Shown here: positions 11,315 through 22,900 of the stretch, piece after piece | How the letters are laid out: each line of letters starts with the position of its first letter | Numbering within the stretch: position 1 is the first letter of the stretch | DNA from: Vicugna vicugna | Taxonomy: Eukaryota | Direction of reading: 5' to 3' | Assembly: GCA_013265495.1 (NCBI GenBank) | Contig: MU059881.1 | Location: 1 to 64,000 of the forward strand | Length of the DNA stretch: 64,000 nt | The notes under the pieces: generated by a model | The model's database searches: none | What the model was told of the DNA's origin: nothing | Seen by the model: the letters and a program-made list of their open reading frames with translations, nothing else | Program-made: the position numbers and the translations under genes

Positions 11315-12421
11315 ATGGGCAGCACCGTGCCCCAGACACCTGGCACCCCCAACGCCTCCCTCAACAGCTCGTGGGCCAGCCCCACGGAGCCCAGCTCCCT
11401 GGAAGACCTGGTGGCCACGGGCTGCATCGGGGTGGTGCTCTCGGCCATGGGCGTGGTAGGCGTGGCCGGCAACGTGTACACACTGGCAGTTGTGTGCCGC
11501 TTCCTGCGCGCCTCGGCCTCCATGTACGTCTACGTCGTCAACCTGGCGCTGGCTGACCTGCTCTACCTGCTCAGCATCCCCTTCATTGTGGCCACCTACG
11601 TCACCAAGGACTGGCACTTCGGCGATGTGGGCTGCCGCGTCCTCTTCAGCCTGGACTTCCTGACCATGCACGCCAGCATCTTCACCCTGACTCTCATGAG
11701 CAGCGAGCGCTATGCCGCCGTGGCCAGGCCGCTGGATGCCGTGCAGCGCTCCAAGGGCTACCGCAAGGTCCTGGCGCTGGGCACGTGGCTGCTGGCGCTG
11801 CTGCTGGCACTGCCCATGACGCTGGCCATCCGGCTGGTCCGCCGGGGCCACAAGAGCCTCTGCCTGCCAGCCTGGGGCCCACGCGCCCACCGCGCCTACC
11901 TGACGCTGCTCTTTGGGACCAGCATCGTGGGGCCCGGCGTGCTCATCGGGCTGCTCTACGTACGCCTGGCCCGGGCCTACTGGCTGTCGCAGAGGGCCTC
12001 CTTCACTGAGACGCGGCGGCTGCCCAACCCCCGGGTGCTCTACCTCATCCTGGGCATCGTGCTGCTCTTCTGGGCCTGCTTCCTGCCCTTCTGGCTGTGG
12101 CAGCTCCTGGCCCAGTACCGCGGGGCCCAGCCACTCACGCCCCGCGCTGCCCGCATCGTCAACTACCTGACCACCTGCCTCACCTACGGCAACAGCTGCG
12201 TGAACCCCTTCCTCTACACGCTGCTCACCAAGAACTACCGCGACTACCGCCAGCGCTCGCTCCCAGGCAGGGGCGTCGGGGGGCCAGCGGGCGCCCGCAC
12301 CTTCCCGCGGGGCCACAGCCCCTGCCAGCGCGGCTCCGGCCGCTCCCTGTCCTCCAGCAGCCAGCAAGCCACCGAGGCCATCGCGCTGTCCCAGGCAGCC
12401 CCCAGGGGGCTCTGCGCCTGA
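11315..12421 (+). CDS. UTS2R: Urotensin-2 receptor (GPR14), class A GPCR; 368 aa from the first in-frame ATG (384 aa if the ACG at 11267 is used)
   Basis: Intronless 7TM ORF with NLALAD (TM2), TM3 Asp in [18 protein letters not shown] (TM6), NPFLY (TM7), disulfide Cys in GCRV/LCLP and N-glycosylation sites in NASLNSS. Close to recalled bovine, human and mouse UTS2R. The ATG at 11315 sits in GCCACCATGG; TGA at 12419-12421. Confidence 0.97.
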   Translation: MGSTVPQTPGTPNASLNSSWASPTEPSSLEDLVATGCIGVVLSAMGVVGVAGNVYTLAVVCRFLRASASMYVYVVNLALADLLYLLSIPFIVATYVTKDWHFGDVGCRVLFSLDFLTMHASIFTLTLMSSERYAAVARPLDAVQRSKGYRKVLALGTWLLALLLALPMTLAIRLVRRGHKSLCLPAWGPRAHRAYLTLLFGTSIVGPGVLIGLLYVRLARAYWLSQRASFTETRRLPNPRVLYLILGIVLLFWACFLPFWLWQLLAQYRGAQPLTPRAARIVNYLTTCLTYGNSCVNPFLYTLLTKNYRDYRQRSLPGRGVGGPAGARTFPRGHSPCQRGSGRSLSSSSQQATEAIALSQAAPRGLCA

Positions 12422-12868
12422 GTGTCCAGCCTCCCCCAGAGCCCAGGTCACTCCTGCAGCGCCCCACCTAGTGACTGCCCCCTTTGTCAGTCCTCTTCCA
12501 GAAAGCCCCCTGCCCTCCCCCCACCATGGCTCACTTCAGCTCCATCAGCCCAGCTGCCTTGCCTGTAATGCCCAGAAGTCCCCCACCCCGTCCTCTGGAA
12601 GGGTCTGCGGGAGGCTGAGGCCCAGGACCGGCTTCTGAGGACCACAGTGAGTGGGGTCTTGCCCAGCCCAGCAGATGTGAGTGCCCTGCCCGTGGCTGCC
12701 TGACCCGTGGTGGGGCACGCTGTGGCACGTGACACTGTGTAGGCACACAGGCTGCCTACAGAGGACCCTCCTCCTGGCCCCAGGCGTGGCCCCGGTGGCA
12801 CCTGGCCCCGACCCCATCCCTCCCAGCTCCCATGTGGCTCCATCCCCCGAAGCTTCAGCACCCAGAAC

Positions 12869-12874
12869 AATAAA
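12869..12874 (+). terminator. UTS2R candidate poly(A) signal
   Basis: First AATAAA after the stop codon (about 450 nt downstream). Confidence 0.55.
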
Positions 12875-15800
12875 CCCGGAGCTCTTTGAATCTTGTCCTG
12901 TCTCAGACCTGCAGGTGGGCCACCGAGGGAGGCAGGATCCCCCAGGATGCCCCCAGCACGTGGAGAAGCCCATTGTTCTGGCTGGGGAGGGTGGATGTCC
13001 AGCCACCCTGACTCTGGGCAGGTGCCCTCCTGCCTGAGCCCGGCCCTGGCAGTGGGGCCTGAAGCCGTGGAGGGAGGCAGGGAGCTGGCTCAGGGAGGAG
13101 GGGCAGATGGGGGCATCACTGTAGGGCAGGAACACAGGGCCCAGACTGAAACCCCCAGCCAGGTCACTCTCCCACTGGCAGCTCCCCTGCCTTTCCCTCC
13201 CCAGACCTTGGGGTGGGGGTGAGGGTGGGGTCAGGTCCTACAGTTCATGCAGGGGCTTATCTTGTGCAGCATCGAGCTGGGCCTCCTGGGGATACCTGCC
13301 CACAGAGAGTCCCCCAACAAGGAAGGGTCCTGGACCTCTCCCACCCCCTGTCCCCCGTGGCCTGTACCCTCCACAGTGTGGCCCCAGCTCCCACTCAGTC
13401 CCAGTCTTACCAGACTCTGCCGACCAGGTTCCTCCTGGACCCCTTTCAAGGCCCCGACAGGATCCTAACATGCGGGCAGGTGGAGGCCTGCTGCCACACC
13501 CCTCCACTGGCCCCAAAGTATGGGGTCTGAGGCCATCGGCCCCACTTGGGACCCCAAGTACTTTAGGAAGTAAACAGCCCGAAGTTTGTACCTTGACTAA
13601 GACCCCGGGTCTCTGCTTTGCAAATCCTGATTCCAGGTGCGCCAAGAAGGCCCCGGCCTTGGAGAACAGAGACCCCCAGAACTGTCCCGCAGCCCCCATT
13701 CACCTGCAGGTATGAATGCTCGTTGCACTGTTTCTTGGAGCCATGCTGAAGAAGTTACATTTTTGGCCCCAAACTTAAGACCTAGCTTCCCTGTTTAACG
13801 CTCTGGTCGGGCAGGGGGAGCTTTGCCAGGCCTGGGGACACCTGCAGGGGCTGCCCGCCCACCTCCCACCTGGCAGTGCCTGCTGTCCTGTCAGCCTCCG
13901 GGGAGCCTCACAGTGACACCCCGAGAGCGTCACACACACACACGTGCACACTCACACGCTCTCACACCTCCGCACCGGCACCCACTCACAGCTGGGGGAA
14001 ACCTGCATCCACCGCCCAAAGCCCCGCCCCCTCCCCCTGCCCCCAGGACCCACCCCAAGCTGGGGGCTGGGATGGGAGATTCACGGAGGCCTGGTCTGGC
14101 TCAGGACCCACCAGGCACGGTGCCTGGCCCTCGGCAAGCTGGACCGCGGAGGCCCGGAGTGAGGGGTCGACCCGGGCGAGCGTGCGTGTGGCTGGAACAG
14201 ACTCTGGGCACCTGTCAAATGTGACCAATTTATTGGGCAGTTACACGCCAAAAAACTCACCTGCTTAAACTGCAAGTAGTGACTTTCAAATGACAGAGCT
14301 GCACAGCTGTCACCACCATCCAGTCTTGGGACATTCCTGAGTCAGGGAGCTCCGGAGAAGCTGGACCCGCAGGATGTGCACGGGGGTGCTCTGAAGGAAG
14401 TGGCTCAGCGCCTCATCCCCAGCCCCTGCATCCTCTTCCCTGAGTCGCCCCACCCTCCACACCCCTCAGCTCCTACAACAGAAAGGTGGAGTGGGGATGG
14501 TGTCCTAGGCAAGCGGGGGGCCTGGGACCAGGACAGTGGTGGCCAGCTCCCAGCAGGGAAGGAATGAATGGATGGATGACCCGTGTCCCTCCACCGGGGT
14601 CTCACTGCCGTCTCTTATTCTGCCTTGTCTTCCTGGAGGTGGGGGGGAGGGGGTTGGTGGAAGGTGAGAAGGAGCCAGAAGCCGGTGAGTTCACAGCCAC
14701 ATTCACAGGAGGCTGGGCATCCACGCTGGGGTGGCGAGTAATTGGGTGATCAATTTATCAGATGCAGGCACATTCCTGCCCCGCAGGCCAGTCAGTCTCC
14801 AGGAGACTCAGGCTTGGCTGGGACTGGCTGCTGACCCGTGGGCTCTTACAGGCCCAGGAGCGTGGCCTGGCCCAGTCCAGGAGCCTGTGCCCCCAGCCCC
14901 ACCCTCCCACCCTCTCTGTGTCTTCAGCAAGGCTGGGGCTGGGGGGTAGGGCAGAGCGCAGCTCTCGCAAGGACTCACAGAGCGCGTGCCACCAGGCTAC
15001 ACGCCCAGGGCTGCTGCACTTTGTATAAATTATTTATCAACAAAGAATCGACACAGTCCAAAGCTTCTTCTACTTCTGGTTTTTCCAGGAGCTCAATCTT
15101 TGGGACTGACTTGCACCGACAACCAGTAGACACCACTGTTTACCTGCCCAGAGAGCTCTCTGCTTTAGTAGACCACCCTCACCAAATGGAGCTCTAGGGG
15201 TCGCTGCCTGGGATCGAGGGTGACTGCAGTGACAATGGCCCTGCCTGGGAGGGTGGCCCAGCCAGTTTGCAGAGACCTGAACTCTTCCCTGAGTCCACAC
15301 CTGAGCATGCCCAGCTGACAGGTGTGCCTGGTCCGGGTCACCTGGAGGGCCAGCCTTGGGGGCAGGAGACACTGGGGCTCCTTTTCGCCATGGAGAAAGC
15401 AGTCAGCTCTCTCCCTCCTTTGCTCCTCCACCAGGCAAGAGAAATGGGGGGGCTCAGCCAGCAGAAGGTGGGAGCCCCCATCCTATGCAAGGGCCTGGGG
15501 GCAGCCAGAGTCTAGCCTGGGCCCCAGACACCCGCCAACCACCAAACCAGGAACCTGGGAGCCAAAGGGGCCACCTGCAAGAGCAGGTTTTTCCATTGGA
15601 ATTCCAGATGGATGATGCTCCGAGCAGAAAGCCTGGAGGCCGCCAACGGCCAGCAGCCAGGAGCCCCAGACTCTGGCCTTTTCCAGGCCGGCTGAGGGCC
15701 CAGCCCTAGTTCTGCTTGGGCTGGGTGAGGCCCCAGAGGGGAACCTTGTCCCCTGAGCTGCCCAGGGCAGGCGTCTGGGCTAGACGGCTCTGTCCTGCCA

Positions 15801-18114
15801 CCTTCCCCCTCCTGGAGCTGTGGATACTGAGGCCTGAGTGCTGAGCCAGGTCAGAGCCGGGAGGTCACTGGGGAGGTCGGTAGCCTGAGGACTCCAGCCC
15901 AGTGTTCCAGCCCCTCCCTTCCCTCCCTCGGTGTGCAGATTCCCTGGCCCCCAGGTGGCCCCCTCGGCAAGCTCACCATTGGGTCATCTTTTTTAAAGAA
16001 TTCTCTTATTCCTGCTCCACAGCAGAGGAACCAGGCCACCAGGGACCCACGGGGTGTGTCGAGTGGGGAGCACCTGCCCTCAGCTTGTGGGTCCTGCTGT
16101 CCTTTGCCCTCGGTGGCCTCGGGTACCCCACAGCGTGATTGAAAGCCCAGAGCCTAGTCTCACCCCAAAAATATGTGTCAGCATGAAATATTGAGGCTGC
16201 CTGGGCATCAGAGCTGCTGCCTTGGGCCAAGATTCCTCCCTGGGGCTGGGCGAGTCAGGGCTGGACCTGGGCCTGGGCCTGATGGGGTGGGGGACCTCCA
16301 TCTCCACCCATGGCCTCCCAACCCCCTCGGTCCCTCCCCTCATCCTGCTCCACCCCCCAGCCCATGGCAACTGGGCAGAGCTGGGGGGGACCATGTGAGC
16401 ACCACGACGTGCCAGGCTGGGCCACAGGAGCCGGGAGCCAGAAGGCTTCTCCACCAGAGATGTGGCCAGGAGTTGGTCCCGGGGTGGGTGATTTAGGGGT
16501 AGGGGGAGGTGCTGAAGGAGCAACGTGAGCTGCGTGCCCACCTGACTGCGAGGTCGGGGCACCAACTGGGGCTTCATGGGCAGGTCCTGACCAGCTGAGG
16601 GGTCTGGGCCCCACTCTGAGGGGTGTGTGCCTGAAGCCAGGCCAGAGGAAACACCCACCCACCTTGGACGTGAGGCCTCAGCCAGGGCTCTGAGGCGCAG
16701 GTGGGGCATGGAGGGCAGGAGTCCCCCAGGAACAGCGGCCACAGCCCCATCCGGCACTGACCACCCTGCTCTGCACGGCCCCCACCTCGCTGCCACGTCC
16801 CCCTCTCCCACAAGAACTGTTAGCCTCGCAGCCCCTACCGGTAAGGGCCAGGGGAGGGGAGGCTGCCTGGGGTGGGCAGGGAGGACTGGCTGGGGGCCAG
16901 GGACCCTGGGAGGGGCAGCAGGGGTAAGCACGTGGCCCCCTCTTCTGGGGAGGAGGTCTTCGTCCAGGACCCACCCTGGTGTGCAGAGACCCCAGACGGT
17001 GCCCGCCTGCCTCCTCCTTCGTCCTCCCTCCCTCTTCCTCCTCCTGGCTTACTGGGATTTTCCAGGAATGGGCTCCTTCCTGAGGCCCCCCCAGTGGTCT
17101 GTTCTTTACTGAGGGGCATGGGAGGAGACAGGTGAAGGACTGCAGGCGCCGGCAACCCAGGGCTGGCCGGCAGGGGCGGGGCTCAAGTTGGAGCACCTGG
17201 CCAGGTGTGCAACTGCAGCAAGGATCCGAGCCCCATCTGTGTGTCCACTGGGATGGGGGCTGGTACCCATAACCCCCACGCTGCAGTGGGAGAGGTGCCC
17301 TGCCCTTCCAGAGCCTGCGCTGGCCTTCTCGGGAATGGGGGATCACCTGCACCCCCAGTTCTGTTGAGATCTGCTTGGCCCCAAAGGTGCTGAGATGGAA
17401 GGAATGTTGCATCACATGCACGCAGGACTCACATTGCTGGGCTGTTGGGTCCTCGGCCTCCAGTGTCCGGGACAAGCAGATGTGTCCCCAACCTCCTCAT
17501 CCCTGTGAGACCGCTAGAAGGCATGGGAGGCGCTGGGACACTATGACTCCAGAGGGGAAATGAGCCGGTACCCGGCGGGGGCACCCGAGCAGGCACCACC
17601 ACTCGGGGGCTGGGGGCCAGGACCGCTTCCTGATACCACGTGAGAAGAACGTGCAAGCCCACAAGACGCACTCAGGAGTCAGTGCTACTGGGGCGTGAGG
17701 GCGGGTGGGGGCAGGGCGGCTCGGTCGCCACTCCCGGTGTGAAGATCCTGCTGGAGGGGGAAGCACGGAGTGAAGCGGGCCTGGAATTAAGAGGTCAGGA
17801 CTTGGGGTGCTGTTGGCCCGCCGGGAGGGCCCAAGTGGGAACCCCTCCTTCCAGCAGAGACCAACGCTCAGGCTCTTTGATTCAGACTAAACACTTTCTC
17901 TAGGAATTAAGTCCTCAGCAGAGGACATCCCAAGACGCCTACTTCTCCCGGGAGCAGACCGTGTCCGCCCCCGTGGGGACCCCCTGGCAGGACCAGGAGC
18001 CCACGTGGCCATGGGTGCGTGCTCGGGGGGCCGCCGGTCACGTGCACAGGCGCCTCCTGGGCAGCATGCTGCTTCCCACTTTAAAAGAAAGGCATTCTTG
18101 CTTTTACCCGAATC

Positions 18115-18120
18115 TTTATT
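18115..18120 (-). terminator. OGFOD3 distal poly(A) signal
   Basis: TTTATT on + (AATAAA on -), about 1.8 kb past the OGFOD3 stop. Confidence 0.5.
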
Positions 18121-19909
18121 TCTTTGTCCAAGTACCTCTGTGATTATTGTGAACAGGGTAAGTAGCAAAGAATGTCAATTAAAACCAACACCTTACTTAC
18201 TTCCAAAGCACGTCACCCACCACCCGATCATCAGACCCCCCTCCTTAGACGGGGAGTACCCGAGGCCGCCTGCCTGTCCTCAGACCCTCAGACCAGGGGA
18301 GGGCGTCATTCAGGTAACTCGAAGGTTATGAAACAAGGGGAGGCTTCCCGGGGCTTTCCTCTGTCAGAATTCGAAGCGTCCCAACCCTAGACCAGAGCCA
18401 CAAACCTCTGAGAAGTCCAGACAGGAGAAGCCAGAGGACAACCCGGGGGTGGGGCAGCTTTTCCTGCGCAGGACGGAGGAGCCACTCCAACCTAGAGACA
18501 TCCCTGAGCCATCACCGACCTCAAAGGTCAGCCCTCCGGCTACCGGAGCCCGGCCTTCATCCTCCCCAAATGGACCCAAGTCCTTTAAAAACGGGAACCA
18601 GGACACAGGCTCCCGCGGCGAGGGGTGACCCGCCTTCCTGGAACCTGCTGCTGTGACCTGGGTGGAGCCCATCCCACACCACCGCCTGCCTTCACAGCCC
18701 TGAGGCCCGCACATCGTCGCCCAGGGTGTAGGAGGGACCTTGAGCAAACCGCAGCACAGAGCTGGGGGCCCCGGCTTCCAGACCCTCGTGCAGCCTCAGG
18801 GGCCTCAGGACGGCTCATCCCAGGACCCGTGACCGCCGCCCCTCTCTTCACAAGCCCCGAGCATCTCTGTGGCTGCAGACTGTGGTGGCCGAGGCTGCAG
18901 CCTCCTCCACCACTGGGGGCACACGTGCACACGTGCACACGTCCACACATCCACACGTCCGTGCTGGGTCGGGGGGGCCCGGAGGGCCCGGCACCCACAG
19001 CCACACCTGGAGCTCTGTTTGCATGCACGGTGGGTGAGGGGTGATCAGCCCTTCTCCCAGGAGGTGCCCAAACTCCAGACCAGTTGCTTTGTGGGGCTGC
19101 CCTGGGACTGGCCTGGCCGTGGCAGGAGCTGACTGATGGATGTGCCCCTCTCCCTGGGCCTTGCTGTCCAGGCCTCCCCCAGGCTGGTCTATTTACTATT
19201 CCTGGCTCCCCTGACCATCACTTTTATGTGAAAGGTGGGGATGGCACTGGGACGAGAAGAGGGTGCCAAGATCTGAACCTGAGCAGACAGACCCTCAGCT
19301 GGGCAGTGGGCGGATGGCCGCTCTGGGAACAAATTTGGACCCCGGCTGGTGATGCGGCAGAGCCAGGCTGGCAGGAATACGGTGCCAGGCAGCTCTCGGG
19401 GGCTGGCAGCACTGGCGGATGTGCCCGGACGTCCCCTCTGCTGGGAACCCAGCAGCACCAGCTCTCCCAGCCCTCCTGCTGCTGCTCTGAGAACCGCCTG
19501 ACCCAGAACCTTCCCCAGGGTGTCAGGGTTGCTGGTTCTGCTTCCGTGAGCAGAGGCTGCTGGCCCTACCTGGCTCCATCCACACTCAGGTTGGTCCTCA
19601 GTGGCCAGGATGACCCTCCGTCTGCTGACGGGCAGGGCATCCCCCCGGGGCACAGGGGCTCTTCCTGAGGACAGAGGGCGTGGCGGCTGCTGGCTCCCAG
19701 CCCCGAGTTCGGCGCAGCAGGCAACGACTGATCTTGGGAGGATGAGCTGCTCCCCTCCATTTACTCTCAGATGAAATATGACCGAATGTTAGCAAATCAA
19801 AACTTGGGGTGATGTGTAAGGCACCTTGTTCGGTGGGAGCGGGCTGAGCGGGTGGGAGCGGGCGTGCCCACGGGAGCTGCTTCCCGGCGGGCGACGTGGG
19901 CAGGCCCGG

Positions 19910-22900
19910 CTACGTGAGCGCGGGGTCTGCGATGCTGTGGTCGGGGTTGCAGGTGAAGGCGATGGTGATGGCGTAGCGCGTGCCCCAGCGGACCTTCTCC
20001 ACCCGGTGCAGGTTCTCGGACCCCGAGGTGAAGAAGGACACCCGACCTGGGGAGAGGAGAGCAGAGGCAGGACCGTCAGGCCGCGGCGGCCCTGGCCCTC
20101 CGAGGACGCAGCAGTCCTAAGGAGCCGACAGAACAAACCTGGCGGGAAGGAGGGGGTCGGAGACGAACCAGCAGGCCAACTCTCGTGCAGGACAAGGGGC
20201 GCAGCGCCCAGTCCAGCCTGCCGAGCTCTCTGCAGGGCGGCCAGGACGCGGGGGGACGCCTCTGCTCACGGCCTTTCAGGGCCCACCTCAGGGTCTTATT
20301 TCTAATCACACTAATCCCATGTGAAGCAAAACCGAACTCGGAAGGGTGATGATGCTTCAACGGTAACTCTGCCCACACGGCGGGAGCAAAGACAGACTCG
20401 TGACGTTCACACGGGGGACGGCCCACCCAGCTGCAGAAACGTGAAACTTCCAGGCTCAGAAAGGGTGCTTTCTGGCTTCTCCCCTTCAGTAAACAACAAT
20501 TAGATTATCACCCGCTTCGTCAAAGCAGGATTTAGCTCGGCCACTTAGTAGCCAGAAATGCAAAGTAACCTCAGGTTTGGAACCCACGTGTCCTTTTCCT
20601 CTTCGGCAACAAGCATCCTTGGATGCCTCCCCGAAGCACGTGGCGTGTGACACCCAGGCTTCCCGCCAGCAGCTTCTCTGGCTCTTGGTCCATTCAATCC
20701 TTGGAGCTGCAGGCCGTCCTGAGCCCCCTGCCCACTGACCGGGCCCCGGGTCAGCCCCGCTTCCGGAGCTCACCCCCGAGGGAGGAGAGCCAAACCTGAG
20801 CTGTTTCATTCCCTTTCTATGCCTTCTGATGCCCAAGCCACCTTCTGTGGGGATCCAGGGCTACTGCAAGGACTGCCCACTGGCCTGCAGGACTGGCCCG
20901 TGGCCGACAGGAACGCTCTGAACCAGCATGAGTGGATGGCCTTGCTGGTGTGAGCTGTCTGCCGCCAGGTGGGAGGGGACACAGCAACGCACCCAAGGAG
21001 CCAGGGAGGTGACACCGCGGGGATGGGTGAGCCGCGGCAGCAGGTGAATGGCGTCGGCTCATTCGAGGCGCCCAGGCCAAAGCCAAGGGGCAAGGCTCTG
21101 CGAGTCTCAGCTGGGGATGGGCTGAGGCCTGGGCGGCCCGTCAGGAAGCCCCCAGGAGTCCCCCCTCCACACTCCCCACCCCAGGACCCGGGGAGGAGAG
21201 GGGACATTTATTGTTCCACACGTGCTCGCTGAGCAGCACTGAGTGTCCACTCTGGGACGGGGGCAGTTGGGGCTCTGGGACCACCAGGTAAGGGAGGCCA
21301 GTCCCTGTGCTGTTCCAACATTATTAGGTCAGAATCACCGCCCGGACTTAAGCTGCAAGTTGCTGCAGGGGATGGAGGGGAGGCCAGCTCTGGGAACTCG
21401 CTCTGTGGTGACAGCAGTGACCGTGGCCACACCCGCCTCCTCCTGTGACGAGCAGGCTCGGTGGACACCCTGTAACGCAGCACCAGGGAAAGGCCCTGCC
21501 CACGCGTCACCTGCTCTTGGCTCCACCGTCCTGTTGGCCCCCTCGTCCATGAACACGAACCGCCCGCCGCCAAAGTCGTCCAGGTAGTCGGAGAGGTACA
21601 GCAGTGAGGTGTAGTCAAAGGACCCATAGGTCACCTGCGGGCAGAGCGCGAGGGCGCATCACCGTCTCTGCTCACAGGAGCGTCTGCGCCTCAGGAACGG
21701 CCAGGGCCAGGCCACACGCTGCCCTCCTGACGGCAGGAAGCCCTCTGCGGAGCCCCGGCCATGCGGTCCTGTCCGCTCCCCGCACAGCCCACAGGCGGTG
21801 ACCCCAGGAGGCCATGCCGCCACCAAGCAACAGGCCCGTCCCGCGTCGGCACAGGGAGCCCTTCCTCCAGACGTGGGCCCCAAGCTCTCTTGTAAATTGT
21901 GGGAACACGCCAACCGTGCAGTGCACCCCTCTACCCACCGCCGAGCGCACAGCTCAGGGAAGCGCATTCACACTTGCGCAGCCAGCCCCGCGCACCATCA
22001 CAACAGCTCGTCATCCCCCAGGCTGACACCCTATCCCGTGAGACACTCGCTCCCCACCCCTAGTGCCCACCCTCATCCTGTCCGACCCTGTGAACAGGAC
22101 CCTCCGGAGACCCTGCTTCAGGGAGCCCGACACTGTCTGTCCTCTGCCGGGACGTCCTCCTGGAAGACGGCGGGGCAGCGCACAGCAGGGCCGGGAGATG
22201 AAACCTGTGTTCCGGGCTCGTCTGAGCTGGGCCGTCTGCACCTGAGTGTAACGTAAGCAGGGGGAGCCCCCGTTTGTTCCCTAAGAAGCCCTGGAAGTCG
22301 AGTGGGAAGGCGGCCGCAGGCAGGTGTCCCGTCTGCGGCTCAGGACTTCTTGTGGGTAAGGGATGTCCTGTGAGGAAGCTGTTCTCAACGGGAGGAGTTA
22401 CAGTTTGTCTAAACACTGATTTAGATCTCTGAGGCGGGGTAAGCTGTCTACAACGTGCAAGGCAGGTGTTTCCAAGGGTGTCGTGCGAGAACTCGCACAA
22501 GTCGGCTCCTCGTTAATGAAGGGCACCCAGGAGATGGGCTCTCTTCTTCACGTGAAGACAGTGGCGTGCACCCGCAAGGAGTTTCGATCACGTAATAACA
22601 TTTCCCAGCCTGATGAATCATTCAGTGAGCGAGTCCAGGGCAAGAGACAAAGTCCAGGACGCAGCTCTGAGTGCCTTCCCCCCGCGCCGCTGCACAGCCT
22701 GCCTCCCTCACCTAAGCTGTCGGGTCTAGAAATATAGAGCCTTCAGCGACTTTATTGACACCTGGAGGCACCCTGGGAACTGGACCCAGCCGGCCCGAGG
22801 CCAATCTCCGCAGCGTGTTTGATCAAGGCTCACAACGTCCAAGACCCCTTCTCCTCCTGCACCCAGCTAGACCCCCATCACCATGACAACAGACGTCCCC

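Noticed and set aside
11126-12451. 441-aa antisense ORF over UTS2R
   Set aside because: Mirror frame of a CDS with very high GC at third positions; GTG start, low-complexity product, no recognisable domain.
18920-18960. CACACGTG repeats (tandem E-boxes) in the OGFOD3 3'UTR
   Set aside because: Best explained as a degenerate 8-bp microsatellite like the other CA/CACG tracts in the gene.
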